Both the position numbers and the translations under genes were made by a program. Below the pieces are notes generated by a model. The model ran no database searches, was not told the DNA's origin, and worked only from the letters and a program-made list of their open reading frames with translations. Of a DNA stretch of 64,000 nucleotides, positions 26,701-35,462 are shown in pieces; position 1 is the first letter of the stretch, and the number at the start of each line of letters is the position of its first letter. This DNA comes from Desulfobacteraceae bacterium. GTDB taxonomy: Bacteria > Desulfobacterota > DSM-4660 > Desulfatiglandales > HGW-15. The DNA lies in NCBI GenBank assembly GCA_050123415.1, contig JASFHE010000001.1:10607-74606 (forward strand), written 5' to 3'.

Positions 26701-27184
26701 TTATGGAGATATTAAAGTAATTGGACAACGTTGCCATGTCTATGTTGGTAACTTTTGCTCTATTGCTGACCATGTTAAGGTGATTGTCCTCGGGCATGAT
26801 CCAAACAATGTTTCCACATATCCTTTTAATAAGAAAAACTGGCAAAGGGCCGCCGATTCAAAAACGCATCCGGTTGTTTACGGAGATGTCCATATCGGGA
26901 ATGATGTTTGGATCGGTTACAATGTAACGATAATGGGTGGAGTAAAGATTTGTGATGGAGCAGTGATTGCTGCCGAATCAGTTGTAACGAAAAATATTGA
27001 ACCTTATACAATTAATTATGGTGTTCCAACCAGAGTAAAACGTTTAAGATTTACTCCATCAATTGTTTATAAATTATTAAATATAAAATGGTGGGAGTGG
27101 CCGGATGAAAAGATCGCCGAAAACGCTCATTTGCTTTGCAGTAAAAACATTGATGAATTCATAAGACTTCACGGGAGGAAGTAA
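26672..27184 (+). CDS. hexapeptide-repeat (LbH) acetyltransferase, Vat/CatB/sugar O-acetyltransferase-like
   Basis: GRHSYGD...VGNFCSIADHVKVI...YPF...GDVHIGNDVWIGYNVTIMGGVKICDGAVIAAESVVTKNIEPYTINYGVPTRVKRLRF. An alternative ATG lies at 26654. Confidence 0.75.
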   Translation: MGRVSLGRHSYGDIKVIGQRCHVYVGNFCSIADHVKVIVLGHDPNNVSTYPFNKKNWQRAADSKTHPVVYGDVHIGNDVWIGYNVTIMGGVKICDGAVIAAESVVTKNIEPYTINYGVPTRVKRLRFTPSIVYKLLNIKWWEWPDEKIAENAHLLCSKNIDEFIRLHGRK

Positions 27185-27185
27185 A

Positions 27186-27758
27186 ATGGCAATCAAGACA
27201 CCGAGGGAATATCGGCAGATGGAATTCAGGCAATTACTTTTCGAATTGGTATGCCTGCTCAAACCACATACTTATGTGGAGATTGGAGTAAAAGACGGGT
27301 GGACATTCAATAAGATTGCTCCACTTGTTGAACGCGCCGTTGGTGTGGATATTGTAGCGTCTCCAGTAGAAAGACTTCCACATGTTGAATTTATCCATGA
27401 TAATTCTGCCAGGTTTGCAAAAACATGGAAGGATCCAATCGATTTCCTTTTTATTGATGCATACCACGAATGTGAAGGAGTCTTACTTGATTTCTACCGT
27501 TTGCATCCTTTCGTTCGGCCAGAAACCGGAATGATTTTTCTCCATGATACATATCCTGTGAAACCGGAATTACTTCTTCCAGGTTATTGTCACAATGCAT
27601 GGAGAGCGGCAAAGACGATCCGGGAGAAGTTTGTTGAAGAATTTGAAATTGTTACACTCCCCGGTCCGTGGGCAGGCCTCTCAATACTTCGGAAATTGAA
27701 AGATGGCAGGCACGGGTGGATGGACAAAGATGCCTTCGCTGGAGGGAGAGGAAGATGA
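27186..27758 (+). CDS. class I SAM-dependent methyltransferase (Methyltransf_24-like)
   Basis: YVEIGVKDGWT (motif I), GVDI, and FLFIDAYHECEGVLLDF...GMIFLHD. Confidence 0.65.
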   Translation: MAIKTPREYRQMEFRQLLFELVCLLKPHTYVEIGVKDGWTFNKIAPLVERAVGVDIVASPVERLPHVEFIHDNSARFAKTWKDPIDFLFIDAYHECEGVLLDFYRLHPFVRPETGMIFLHDTYPVKPELLLPGYCHNAWRAAKTIREKFVEEFEIVTLPGPWAGLSILRKLKDGRHGWMDKDAFAGGRGR

Positions 27759-28897
27759 CTAAATTACTTTTTCTTTTTATGAGCCAAGGGGCAGCATCTC
27801 CTGGAACGACTAAACGGGTGTATCCAACAAATGATTGTGGAACAAAATATATGGATGCATTTGCAGGAGAAGGCTATTTCAAGATGCTGGATGTACTCCT
27901 CAAAAATAAAGTGATTGATGACTTGAAGATTTTCTTTGAGTCGAATGTCCAGCCCGGCATAGCGTCCTGGGTGAAGGGCCCTTCAACATATTGCGAAGTA
28001 ATTCCGGAGATTCGTTTTGTTGAGGAGTATATTGAGGAGGACACAATCATCTTTGTCCGCGGCGGGTTTAAACACTGGCATGATTTACTTTTGAAATACA
28101 AAAATAAAAATTGGCTTTTACTTTATGGTGCAAATACCGGAAGAGAAAGATGGACATGGTGGGATATTATTTTTGATGATATCTTGTGTAAAAATGAAAT
28201 TGATCGGCATGGAAGATATTGGTTTCCTTTTATCAAACCAATAAATGAGGAGATGTTTTTTCCGGAAGATACGATACGGCAGCAACCAATTCCTCAATGG
28301 GACTTTTGCATCGGAGCATCTCATATTCATGACAGGAAAGGACAATGGAGAATTTTTAACGCTATACTGGAATATAATAAAAAATATGGAGAACTTCATA
28401 CGATTATGCCTGGCGGACCGCGACGTGGATTGAAAACGCTTGAGATGATTAAAAATCTTCCGAATGCAAAGTATGTAGAAACGCCCGGTCATGTTCATCG
28501 AACCGAACTTCAGAGAATTTTTAATGATTCAAAATATTTTATCCACTTTGGTGCTCATGGACAAAATGACCGCGGTCCGATTGAGGCACTTGCATGTGGG
28601 ACACCTGTAGTAATTGGTTCTCCGAGTTATCATGCACCATTCTTATCTGATATATGTTACACGGGTTGCAATATTAATGATCCGGTTTCGATAGCAGAGA
28701 GTTTGAAGATATTACTTGAACGCTGGACAATTGAGGAGAAAAGTAAAACATATTGGAAATATAAGAAGAAAAGTGGATTCAATGAAATAATTATTCCAAG
28801 GATGATAATGCTATTTTCTCTCATAAAACACATGAAACCAACAATAAAGGCAAAACAACTTATAATGGAGGAGGTAATGAATCATGCGATCAGTTAG
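27755..28897 (+). CDS. probable GT-B-like glycosyltransferase
   Basis: ATG 27755 overlaps the upstream TGA (ATGA). The C-terminal YFIHFGAHGQNDRGPIEALACGTPVVIG resembles the GT-B C-terminal domain. Weaker than the other GT calls. Confidence 0.4.
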   Translation: MTKLLFLFMSQGAASPGTTKRVYPTNDCGTKYMDAFAGEGYFKMLDVLLKNKVIDDLKIFFESNVQPGIASWVKGPSTYCEVIPEIRFVEEYIEEDTIIFVRGGFKHWHDLLLKYKNKNWLLLYGANTGRERWTWWDIIFDDILCKNEIDRHGRYWFPFIKPINEEMFFPEDTIRQQPIPQWDFCIGASHIHDRKGQWRIFNAILEYNKKYGELHTIMPGGPRRGLKTLEMIKNLPNAKYVETPGHVHRTELQRIFNDSKYFIHFGAHGQNDRGPIEALACGTPVVIGSPSYHAPFLSDICYTGCNINDPVSIAESLKILLERWTIEEKSKTYWKYKKKSGFNEIIIPRMIMLFSLIKHMKPTIKAKQLIMEEVMNHAIS

Positions 28898-29510
28898 TAA
28901 AATGTATGGTGATAGTTTCTTCCATCGTAGGAAGAAGTTGATTTGGCGCGCTCCAATACTTTGTGAAATTATTAAAGAAATATTTCCTGGTGCAAAAAGT
29001 ATCATTGATGTTGGTTGCGCCATTGGAGAGTTTGTACATCAATTCCAAAAAATGGGGATATCTTCAGAAGGTATTGAGGGTAGTGAAAGTGCATTAAAGT
29101 ACGCATCTCCAGAGACCGGTATATCATTATGGGATATTAGAACACCATTACCTACCTCAAAAACCTGTATTGGTAAAACATGGAATTTGTGCATGTGTCT
29201 TGAAGTTGCAGAACATATCGAAGAGGAATATACAAATATATTTATTGATAATCTTTGCTTCTTATCAAATACTATTTTGATATCTGCTGCACCCCCAGGA
29301 CAACAAGGATACGGTCATTTTAATTGTCAAAAAATGGAATATTGGGAAATCAAATTCGGAATTAGAGACTACAGGAGAAGAGTTGAAAAAGAAAAGCGTT
29401 TTAAAAGTCTCCTTGAACCTTACAAGAGGAAGAAGGGTTTGAGTGGATATTATAACAATATCATGATTTATGAACATAATGATATTATATTGCATAAATA
29501 TTGGGGGTAA
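28884..29510 (+). CDS. class I SAM-dependent methyltransferase (Methyltransf_11/23-like)
   Basis: IIDVGCAIGEFV (motif I), GIEGSESA, and WNLCMCLEVAEHIEEEY. Confidence 0.7.
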   Translation: MRSVSKMYGDSFFHRRKKLIWRAPILCEIIKEIFPGAKSIIDVGCAIGEFVHQFQKMGISSEGIEGSESALKYASPETGISLWDIRTPLPTSKTCIGKTWNLCMCLEVAEHIEEEYTNIFIDNLCFLSNTILISAAPPGQQGYGHFNCQKMEYWEIKFGIRDYRRRVEKEKRFKSLLEPYKRKKGLSGYYNNIMIYEHNDIILHKYWG

Positions 29511-29511
29511 A

Positions 29512-30282
29512 ATGAATAAGGAAATATTTGATATTACTTGTACAGCAACACTTCGACCAGGACTCCTCGATAGAACACTTTCTTCATTTACAAAGAATTT
29601 ATTCAAGGAAAGGATATCTTGTGCAAGGCTTATTATTAATATTGATATGGCTGGTGCAGAAAAAAGCAGAGAAAAACAGAAATTGATTGATGTAATCAAT
29701 GTAATAGATAAATATCCTTTTTGCAGAAGAGAAATTAGGATTGGAAGAGAGCCGCATTTCCCAACAGCTTTTACTTGGTGTATGGATGAAGTCTACAGCA
29801 AGTATTTTTTTCATCTTGAGGAAGATTGGGAATTGCTTTTTCCTATCGATTTTGAAGCAATGTGGGGTTTACTTGACAAGTATGGAGACCTTGCCCACCT
29901 TCGATTATCGCAATTTACTTCCGAAGAGTTTCGGTGTAAAAATTGGAACAAGTTTCTTGTCTGGAACGGAGAATTCTTTGAAGTGCCGCTCGATGAAAAA
30001 TTGGTGATCGGATGGGCTGGCCATCCGTCGCTCAATCGATCATCTTTTATAAAAGACTGTCTACCATACATTGATCGAATGGCAAATCCCGAAAAGCAGA
30101 TCAAAGGCAAGATACATCCATGTATAACTCAATCAATTAATGCACACAGGTTTGGTTCATTTCATCCACAAAACTCGCCGAATTCAATTGTGGATATCGG
30201 GCGAGAGTGGATGGTCAATAATGGGTGGAGTAAAGCAGGCAATAAAGCCTGGTTCACCAATTGGGAAAGGAGTAATCAGTAA
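29512..30282 (+). CDS. hypothetical protein, possible GT-A-like enzyme
   Basis: ATG lies 1 nt after the upstream TAA. ITCTATLRPGLLDRTLSSF...ARLIINIDM...FFHLEEDWELLFP is loosely GT-A-like, with an acidic EED in place of DxD. Uncertain. Confidence 0.3.
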   Translation: MNKEIFDITCTATLRPGLLDRTLSSFTKNLFKERISCARLIINIDMAGAEKSREKQKLIDVINVIDKYPFCRREIRIGREPHFPTAFTWCMDEVYSKYFFHLEEDWELLFPIDFEAMWGLLDKYGDLAHLRLSQFTSEEFRCKNWNKFLVWNGEFFEVPLDEKLVIGWAGHPSLNRSSFIKDCLPYIDRMANPEKQIKGKIHPCITQSINAHRFGSFHPQNSPNSIVDIGREWMVNNGWSKAGNKAWFTNWERSNQ

Positions 30283-31322
30283 TGGATTTATCTATCATCA
30301 TTCCGTTTGTTGGAGAATACCCGCAAGTATTATGGACAATTCAATCGATTGCACAAGGCTTGATTGAAACGGAGATTGAGTTTGAAATTATTGCAGTGGA
30401 TAACTACTGCGAACAGGCTGTCCGTCAATGTAATGTGGCAACTCAGAAAGCAATTGACAAATTGAAACAGATTTACTTCAACGAAGGAAGAGAAATTGAG
30501 GCTTCCGATATGTTTGAAATCCATGACATGATCCCGCCAATTTATAAAAATAGAAGCGGAGAGGCAATCAAGGCTTGTGCGCGTGGGAATCCGTGGCTCC
30601 GTTATGTTGAATATCCTGACAGTTTATCACATTGGCAGGCAAAGCGTGTTGGTGTTCAAGAATCAGATGGAAAAGTTCTCCTGTTTGTTGATGCACATAC
30701 CATTCCGTCGGTTGATGCAATTGAAGAAATGTTTTTAGAATATACACGTGGATCATACAATGAAAATGGAACAATGCATTTACCTTTAACATACAAGATC
30801 CTTGAATGGCACCGATTGATCTACAAGTTTTTTGTTGAGAATGAATTTTTCTACAGTTATAAGTTTACTCCTTTCAGACAAGCCAAAGAGCCGTACGAGG
30901 TACAATGCATGTCAACTTGTGGCATGATGATCTCCAGAAGTATTTATGATCAACTCGGCGGCTGGCCAGCAACTCTTGGAGTTTATGGTGGCGGAGAAAA
31001 TTTCATGAATTATACGCTGGCAGTATGCGGTTTTAAGAAGTGGATATATCCGCATGGGACGCTTTTTCATCATGCGGATAGACGTGATTACCATTGGTAT
31101 GGTGATAATTTGATTTATAACAGGATGCTTGCTCATTATCTTTTCGGGGGTAAAGACTTGTTGGCGAAGTTTACTTCTATTTGTAAAGGTAGACCATCTA
31201 CTCTGCAAATGTTTGCAGAGATGGCCCTTAAGGAAGGTTTCGATCAACGGCAGCAAATCAAATCAATTCAAAAAATGACTATTGAGGAATGGGCGGAGAA
31301 ATGGAGAGAAAATGAACTTTAA
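30282..31322 (+). CDS. GT-A glycosyltransferase resembling polypeptide GalNAc-transferases (GT27/GT2, DxH type)
   Basis: - LSIIIPFVGEYPQVLWTIQSI and EIIAVDNYC form the GT-A N-terminal region.
- KVLLFVDAHTIP carries the D-x-H metal motif, as in LTFLDSHCE.
- GVYGGGENFMNYTLAVCGFKKWIYPHGTLFHHADR parallels the Gal/GalNAc-T motif [32 protein letters not shown]. Confidence 0.6.
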   Translation: MDLSIIIPFVGEYPQVLWTIQSIAQGLIETEIEFEIIAVDNYCEQAVRQCNVATQKAIDKLKQIYFNEGREIEASDMFEIHDMIPPIYKNRSGEAIKACARGNPWLRYVEYPDSLSHWQAKRVGVQESDGKVLLFVDAHTIPSVDAIEEMFLEYTRGSYNENGTMHLPLTYKILEWHRLIYKFFVENEFFYSYKFTPFRQAKEPYEVQCMSTCGMMISRSIYDQLGGWPATLGVYGGGENFMNYTLAVCGFKKWIYPHGTLFHHADRRDYHWYGDNLIYNRMLAHYLFGGKDLLAKFTSICKGRPSTLQMFAEMALKEGFDQRQQIKSIQKMTIEEWAEKWRENEL

Positions 31323-31731
31323 AGATTACCTTTGTAAATTCGAAAGACAAGTAATTTATACAGGGTTTATGATGGGTCGTTTCGGAGAACGCAAGGAAGA
31401 GATTGTGCCTCTCCGATATGGAAAATTATCAAAGTCGGAATTTGGAGAATTCATTGAAAAGACATTTGATGCTGGTGTTTTACTTGCGATCAATTATTAT
31501 GGACTTTTCAAACTATCGACTGAAATAATTAAAGCGGCTGAATCTGTGAGACATATTTTTGGAGAAATTCGATCCATAAAATCTCCAGTTGTTCATTTTA
31601 ATTCCATAAAAATTGAGGATGTTAAGGAACTTGCACCAGAGTTGTTTCCGGATTATCTAGAATTCAAGAAGTATATTGTGGAATTGAGATGGGGCCAGCG
31701 TGATGCCAGCCCAGATTTAAAGATTATTTAA
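31312..31731 (+). CDS. hypothetical protein (last gene of plus-strand arm)
   Basis: ATG 31312 overlaps the end of the upstream gene. No motif recognised. Confidence 0.45.
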   Translation: MNFKDYLCKFERQVIYTGFMMGRFGERKEEIVPLRYGKLSKSEFGEFIEKTFDAGVLLAINYYGLFKLSTEIIKAAESVRHIFGEIRSIKSPVVHFNSIKIEDVKELAPELFPDYLEFKKYIVELRWGQRDASPDLKII

Positions 31732-32107
31732 GAGAGTTCAGGAAGTTAATGAATTTCTGAAACATTGCAAACCATTTTTCACGAATAAGCCCGCCAAATC
31801 CATTTGTCCAGAATTCATTGTTAGCTTGTTGAATTCTTTCCTTATCTGTTTCATATTGCTTCACATAAGGCGGCCAGTTTGGTGTATTTCCATAGATGGA
31901 GATGAGTTCATTTATTTCTGCTTTTGTTTTACAATCAATCAACGGCCGTTTGAAATTTCTGATAAAATTTTCTTGTGCAAGTCTGATTTGAAGACCAAAA
32001 CCATCATTGTAAAAATGGGCTTGGTAATGTTCATCAGTCGGTGATACAGGTTGGAGAATTTGAGCTGCTTCTGCCAATGTTTCCTTATTGAAATATTTTG
32101 GTTTCAT
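31724..32107 (-). CDS. hypothetical protein (last gene of minus-strand arm)
   Basis: Its 3' end overlaps the plus-strand gene by 8 nt (convergent). Confidence 0.5.
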   Translation of the reverse strand: MKPKYFNKETLAEAAQILQPVSPTDEHYQAHFYNDGFGLQIRLAQENFIRNFKRPLIDCKTKAEINELISIYGNTPNWPPYVKQYETDKERIQQANNEFWTNGFGGLIREKWFAMFQKFINFLNSLK

Positions 32108-32128
32108 TTGTTTCTAAATCTCCTTTGT

Positions 32129-32389
32129 TTAAAACTTTTTAAGAAATGTACCAGGATTGATTGCGGTTATAACTCTTTTCAGGCATTCAAGCATACCTTG
32201 AAAAGAAGGATGTACGAGGATCATAATAGCTACATTAAGTTCGTGACCACAACCTATGCAGTTATCTCTCCATATTTTGGTTACGTCCTTGTCGAAGATA
32301 CGAAGGTCAATCTTCTGAACCTTGCCGCATTTCGGGCATTGCACCATTGGGGTTCTTTCTTCTTGTTGGATTTTAATTAGTTCGCCCAT
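32129..32389 (-). CDS. Zn-ribbon protein
   Basis: CPKCG...CIGCG. Confidence 0.5.
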   Translation of the reverse strand: MGELIKIQQEERTPMVQCPKCGKVQKIDLRIFDKDVTKIWRDNCIGCGHELNVAIMILVHPSFQGMLECLKRVITAINPGTFLKKF

Positions 32390-32397
32390 GTTTTCTC

Positions 32398-33018
32398 CTA
32401 TTCTTTGAATGCTGTAGGTTTGATTTCGGATTCGATTGGCAATTGCTCCAAACGATGGATTAAGTTCAGGAATTCCGAGGAGATTTTGTTTACATCAATC
32501 TCCTCCTTGATTAACCTGGCAAGTGTACGTCGGCCTTTCTCGATATGCTTCCTGGCACCAGCACCGCCAAATTTGGTGCGTTTTTTCATTACTTCGGTTA
32601 TAAGGTGATAAGTGTTCCACCAGTAGGCGTAGACATAGACAAAACGACGACGAAGGTTGACAAGTTGTTCATCCTTTTCTAAATCCAGGTCTTTTATTTT
32701 CGCTCGGAGTATTTTATTAAAATGATGACTCCAGATCCCAAATTCGGTTTCAATGTCTTCCCACATCAACATCCATTTGGCCCTGGATGCGCGTTCTTTT
32801 TTCTTTGCACCCGTCGGTTTTCGAAATGGCAGGATGTATTTTTGCAAAGTTGCAGTTACCAAATCAACCTGTGCCATCATATCAATAGGATGCATTTCTT
32901 TTAACTTATCTTCATCCCACTCCATGATATTTTCAAGACCAAGTGTGTAAACAAATCCAATTGACTCGATCATCTCCAGTGGAGTTTTTCTTTTTTCCTC
33001 GGTCGTCGTTTCTTCCAT
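32398..33018 (-). CDS. hypothetical protein
   Basis: 206-aa ORF in operon register. Confidence 0.5.
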   Translation of the reverse strand: MEETTTEEKRKTPLEMIESIGFVYTLGLENIMEWDEDKLKEMHPIDMMAQVDLVTATLQKYILPFRKPTGAKKKERASRAKWMLMWEDIETEFGIWSHHFNKILRAKIKDLDLEKDEQLVNLRRRFVYVYAYWWNTYHLITEVMKKRTKFGGAGARKHIEKGRRTLARLIKEEIDVNKISSEFLNLIHRLEQLPIESEIKPTAFKE

Positions 33019-33242
33019 TATCGCACCCTTTCACGTTGTTTGATTATCTTCACATTCCGCCTTACCTGCATAATAACCTGGAAAACAAGATATGGCCAAA
33101 TAAGGCAGAAGAAAACTATTAACACGGCGACCCAGAAAGGTTTCTTCCCACGAAGTATTGGGTTACCGATAATTCTGATAATCGTGGCAACAAGCCCGAT
33201 CACCGCTATCGCCAAATAGATTTTTAGAATAAGAAATAACAT
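33018..33242 (-). CDS. small membrane protein (two hydrophobic helices)
   Basis: LAIAVIGLVATIIRII and WVAVLIVFFCLIWPYLVF. Confidence 0.5.
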   Translation of the reverse strand: MLFLILKIYLAIAVIGLVATIIRIIGNPILRGKKPFWVAVLIVFFCLIWPYLVFQVIMQVRRNVKIIKQRERVR

Positions 33243-33259
33243 GGTTTTACCTCATAAGT

Positions 33260-33601
33260 TTATTTGATTTGGATATCTTGGTAGATTTGTATAATAATCT
33301 TTGTTTTCAGGTTGACAGTTATCTCCGTCCAATAACGGTGTTTGACACTACCACTTGATACTTCAAATTCCAGAGAATACTTTAGATATTTATCATTCTG
33401 ATTCCATTTCTCACTTCCATCGATGACTCTTACATCTCCACCAGATGCAAGTTGGAATTGATATAAACCACGCATCATGATTCGCTTGGTTTTGGTATAA
33501 ATATCTTCGGCGTCCGCTCGTCCGTGAAAAATCACAATCAAAAGAAGTATTACTCCGATTGTGATGATTGATAATGCTTTAGTAAGTTTTTCCGGTGTCA
33601 T
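33260..33601 (-). CDS. signal-anchored membrane protein
   Basis: ATG 33601 lies 1 nt after the upstream stop and gives MTPEKLTKALSIITIGVILLLIVIF... The track start is 33658. Confidence 0.45.
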   Translation of the reverse strand: MTPEKLTKALSIITIGVILLLIVIFHGRADAEDIYTKTKRIMMRGLYQFQLASGGDVRVIDGSEKWNQNDKYLKYSLEFEVSSGSVKHRYWTEITVNLKTKIIIQIYQDIQIK

Positions 33602-33602
33602 C

Positions 33603-33932
33603 TTAATGTTCCTTCCTGAAGAAGTCATAATCATAAGTGTTGTCAGTTTCATCTTCATCTAAGATTCCATATTTTTTTCTGAACTGATATTCTCGATCAG
33701 CAGCCCAACAGATCGCTTTGTTTTGCTCTGAATCTTCCCGCCAGTTTTCTGCTACCCATTTAAGATACCAAGATGGACATTTGGAGACTGGAGTCCATAC
33801 TTTTTTAAATGGAATCTTTATCTCCTTCGGTTCAACCTTCCTGAGTTTCTTCCGTTTTTCCATTAATTGGCTCCTGTAGCTTATCAATTGTTGTTTCAAT
33901 ATGGATTTCTCTAATGCCAATCCCATCGACAA
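33603..33932 (-). CDS. hypothetical protein, DUF3820-like motif
   Basis: KCPSWYLKWVAENW resembles the P-x-x-YL-x-W motif. The start is uncertain (M24 is an alternative). Confidence 0.3.
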   Translation of the reverse strand: MSMGLALEKSILKQQLISYRSQLMEKRKKLRKVEPKEIKIPFKKVWTPVSKCPSWYLKWVAENWREDSEQNKAICWAADREYQFRKKYGILDEDETDNTYDYDFFRKEH

Positions 33933-34362
33933 ATTTTCCTAAAGCCTTGATCGATTGGTGAATATAGGCATCAGTGGATATTGACGTAACATAACATCCA
34001 GACCGTTCTTGGAAGCGTTGGATAGCTTGAAGGATATCACCTTCAAATATTTGCTTTGCTTCATCATATGCTTGTTTGGGGTTGATATTCCTGAACTTCT
34101 CCTTGATCCGCTCAGCATATACTTTTGAACCATAAGGGGTAACTGGAATAATATCTTCGGAAGCCTGATCCCAGAAGAAATGATTATCCAATTTAAATTC
34201 ATTCATTATTTGACCGCTTGTGCCGAAGTTTATCCTTTCTCCTGTATCAATATTTTCCATTGTTAGTGATGGACTGGAACAGTATGCACAAACACGCCAG
34301 AACCCTTCTCCCTGGTAACTGTAAACTCCTCTTTGCAATGTGAAGTCCTTTGATGGTATCAT
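33832..34362 (-). CDS. hypothetical protein
   Basis: 176-aa ORF. Confidence 0.5.
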   Translation of the reverse strand: MIPSKDFTLQRGVYSYQGEGFWRVCAYCSSPSLTMENIDTGERINFGTSGQIMNEFKLDNHFFWDQASEDIIPVTPYGSKVYAERIKEKFRNINPKQAYDEAKQIFEGDILQAIQRFQERSGCYVTSISTDAYIHQSIKALGKFVDGIGIREIHIETTIDKLQEPINGKTEETQEG

Positions 34363-34369
34363 TATTTCC

Positions 34370-34738
34370 TCACTTTTTTGGAATTTCTAATACTTTCATA
34401 CCGAAAACTTTTTCAATGCATTGTTTGCCACTTCTGTATGCATTTATTTTCGATTGATATTCCTTTTTATCATTCGGTTTAATAACATAATCATGTGTGG
34501 TTATTTCGTTTCCTCTTCCTCTTATTCGACAAACATATGCAATCCATGAAAAATAGAAATCTCCAGGCTCCTTTGACCTCCTAATTTTTACTCCTTCGAC
34601 ATGGCAGCCGCGTTTTATTTTTATGCGATGGTTCTTTTTCTCCTGGTCGCGGATAGCCGTATTTACACATTGAGTAATCCGGTTTGCTTGGGTGTTTGAC
34701 ATACTCATAACCCTCCTCGTTTTCCTGATATAATCCAC
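34370..34738 (-). CDS. hypothetical protein
   Basis: Overlaps the upstream nuclease ORF by up to 158 nt. The start is uncertain (M11 and M13 are alternatives). Confidence 0.35.
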   Translation of the reverse strand: MDYIRKTRRVMSMSNTQANRITQCVNTAIRDQEKKNHRIKIKRGCHVEGVKIRRSKEPGDFYFSWIAYVCRIRGRGNEITTHDYVIKPNDKKEYQSKINAYRSGKQCIEKVFGMKVLEIPKK

Positions 34739-35426
34739 GGAAGTTTATAATTCGATTGCCACCATATCTCCCGCGGTTCCATATTTTCCTTCTCGACGAT
34801 AAAATGTTGACCTTCCGAAAGAAAGCATTTGGTGGACACCAATGGAGAAAATCTTCAAGTCTGAAAATATGGAAGTTAAGGTGGAAAAGTAATATTTGAC
34901 AAGACTGTCCATCTGTCATTGTAAAATTCCGGTAATTATTTCGGAGCATTTTGTAAGTATGATCCATAATTATAATGCAGGAGACTTTGCGATCACGTCG
35001 GAATATAATGATCGGATGATCCTTTTTGTGCTGTTTTGCTTCTTTGATTGCTTTATCGATCCAGCGTAGTAATACAGGACCCCTTTTTAGTTTTTTGGAA
35101 AGAGGTGCGTCAAGCATATTTAAAATGGATATTCCATTATTTGTATGATCCGAATACCCACGTTTTAACTCAATCATACAAATCCTGGTAAGTTTTCTTC
35201 CGATCCGATGCAAGGCCATTACATCTCCACAGGAATTGGCAGTTCTAATATCCTTTTTCATGCGAACGGTTGCCCTCGCACCGGATGCGGAAGTTCTCCA
35301 AAATATATCGTCACGTGGTTCACCAAATGATTTTGAAAACCACAGAGAGAGTTCCTTGCATGTGGAACGTTCGTATGCTCCACCTTTTTTTGGATTACCC
35401 TTCTTCTTTTTTTTCTTTTTTGGCAT
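34581..35426 (-). CDS. PD-(D/E)XK nuclease, Holliday junction resolvase-like
   Basis: Poly-Lys N-terminus, then GGAYERSTCKELSLWF...FWRTSASG...CGDVMAL...ICMIELKRGY (D...E-x-K). Confidence 0.45.
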   Translation of the reverse strand: MPKKKKKKKGNPKKGGAYERSTCKELSLWFSKSFGEPRDDIFWRTSASGARATVRMKKDIRTANSCGDVMALHRIGRKLTRICMIELKRGYSDHTNNGISILNMLDAPLSKKLKRGPVLLRWIDKAIKEAKQHKKDHPIIIFRRDRKVSCIIIMDHTYKMLRNNYRNFTMTDGQSCQILLFHLNFHIFRLEDFLHWCPPNAFFRKVNILSSRRKIWNRGRYGGNRIINFRGLYQENEEGYEYVKHPSKPDYSMCKYGYPRPGEKEPSHKNKTRLPCRRSKN

Positions 35427-35462
35427 CTTTCAACCCTTCTTATGCTGCGAACTTCTCTTCCA

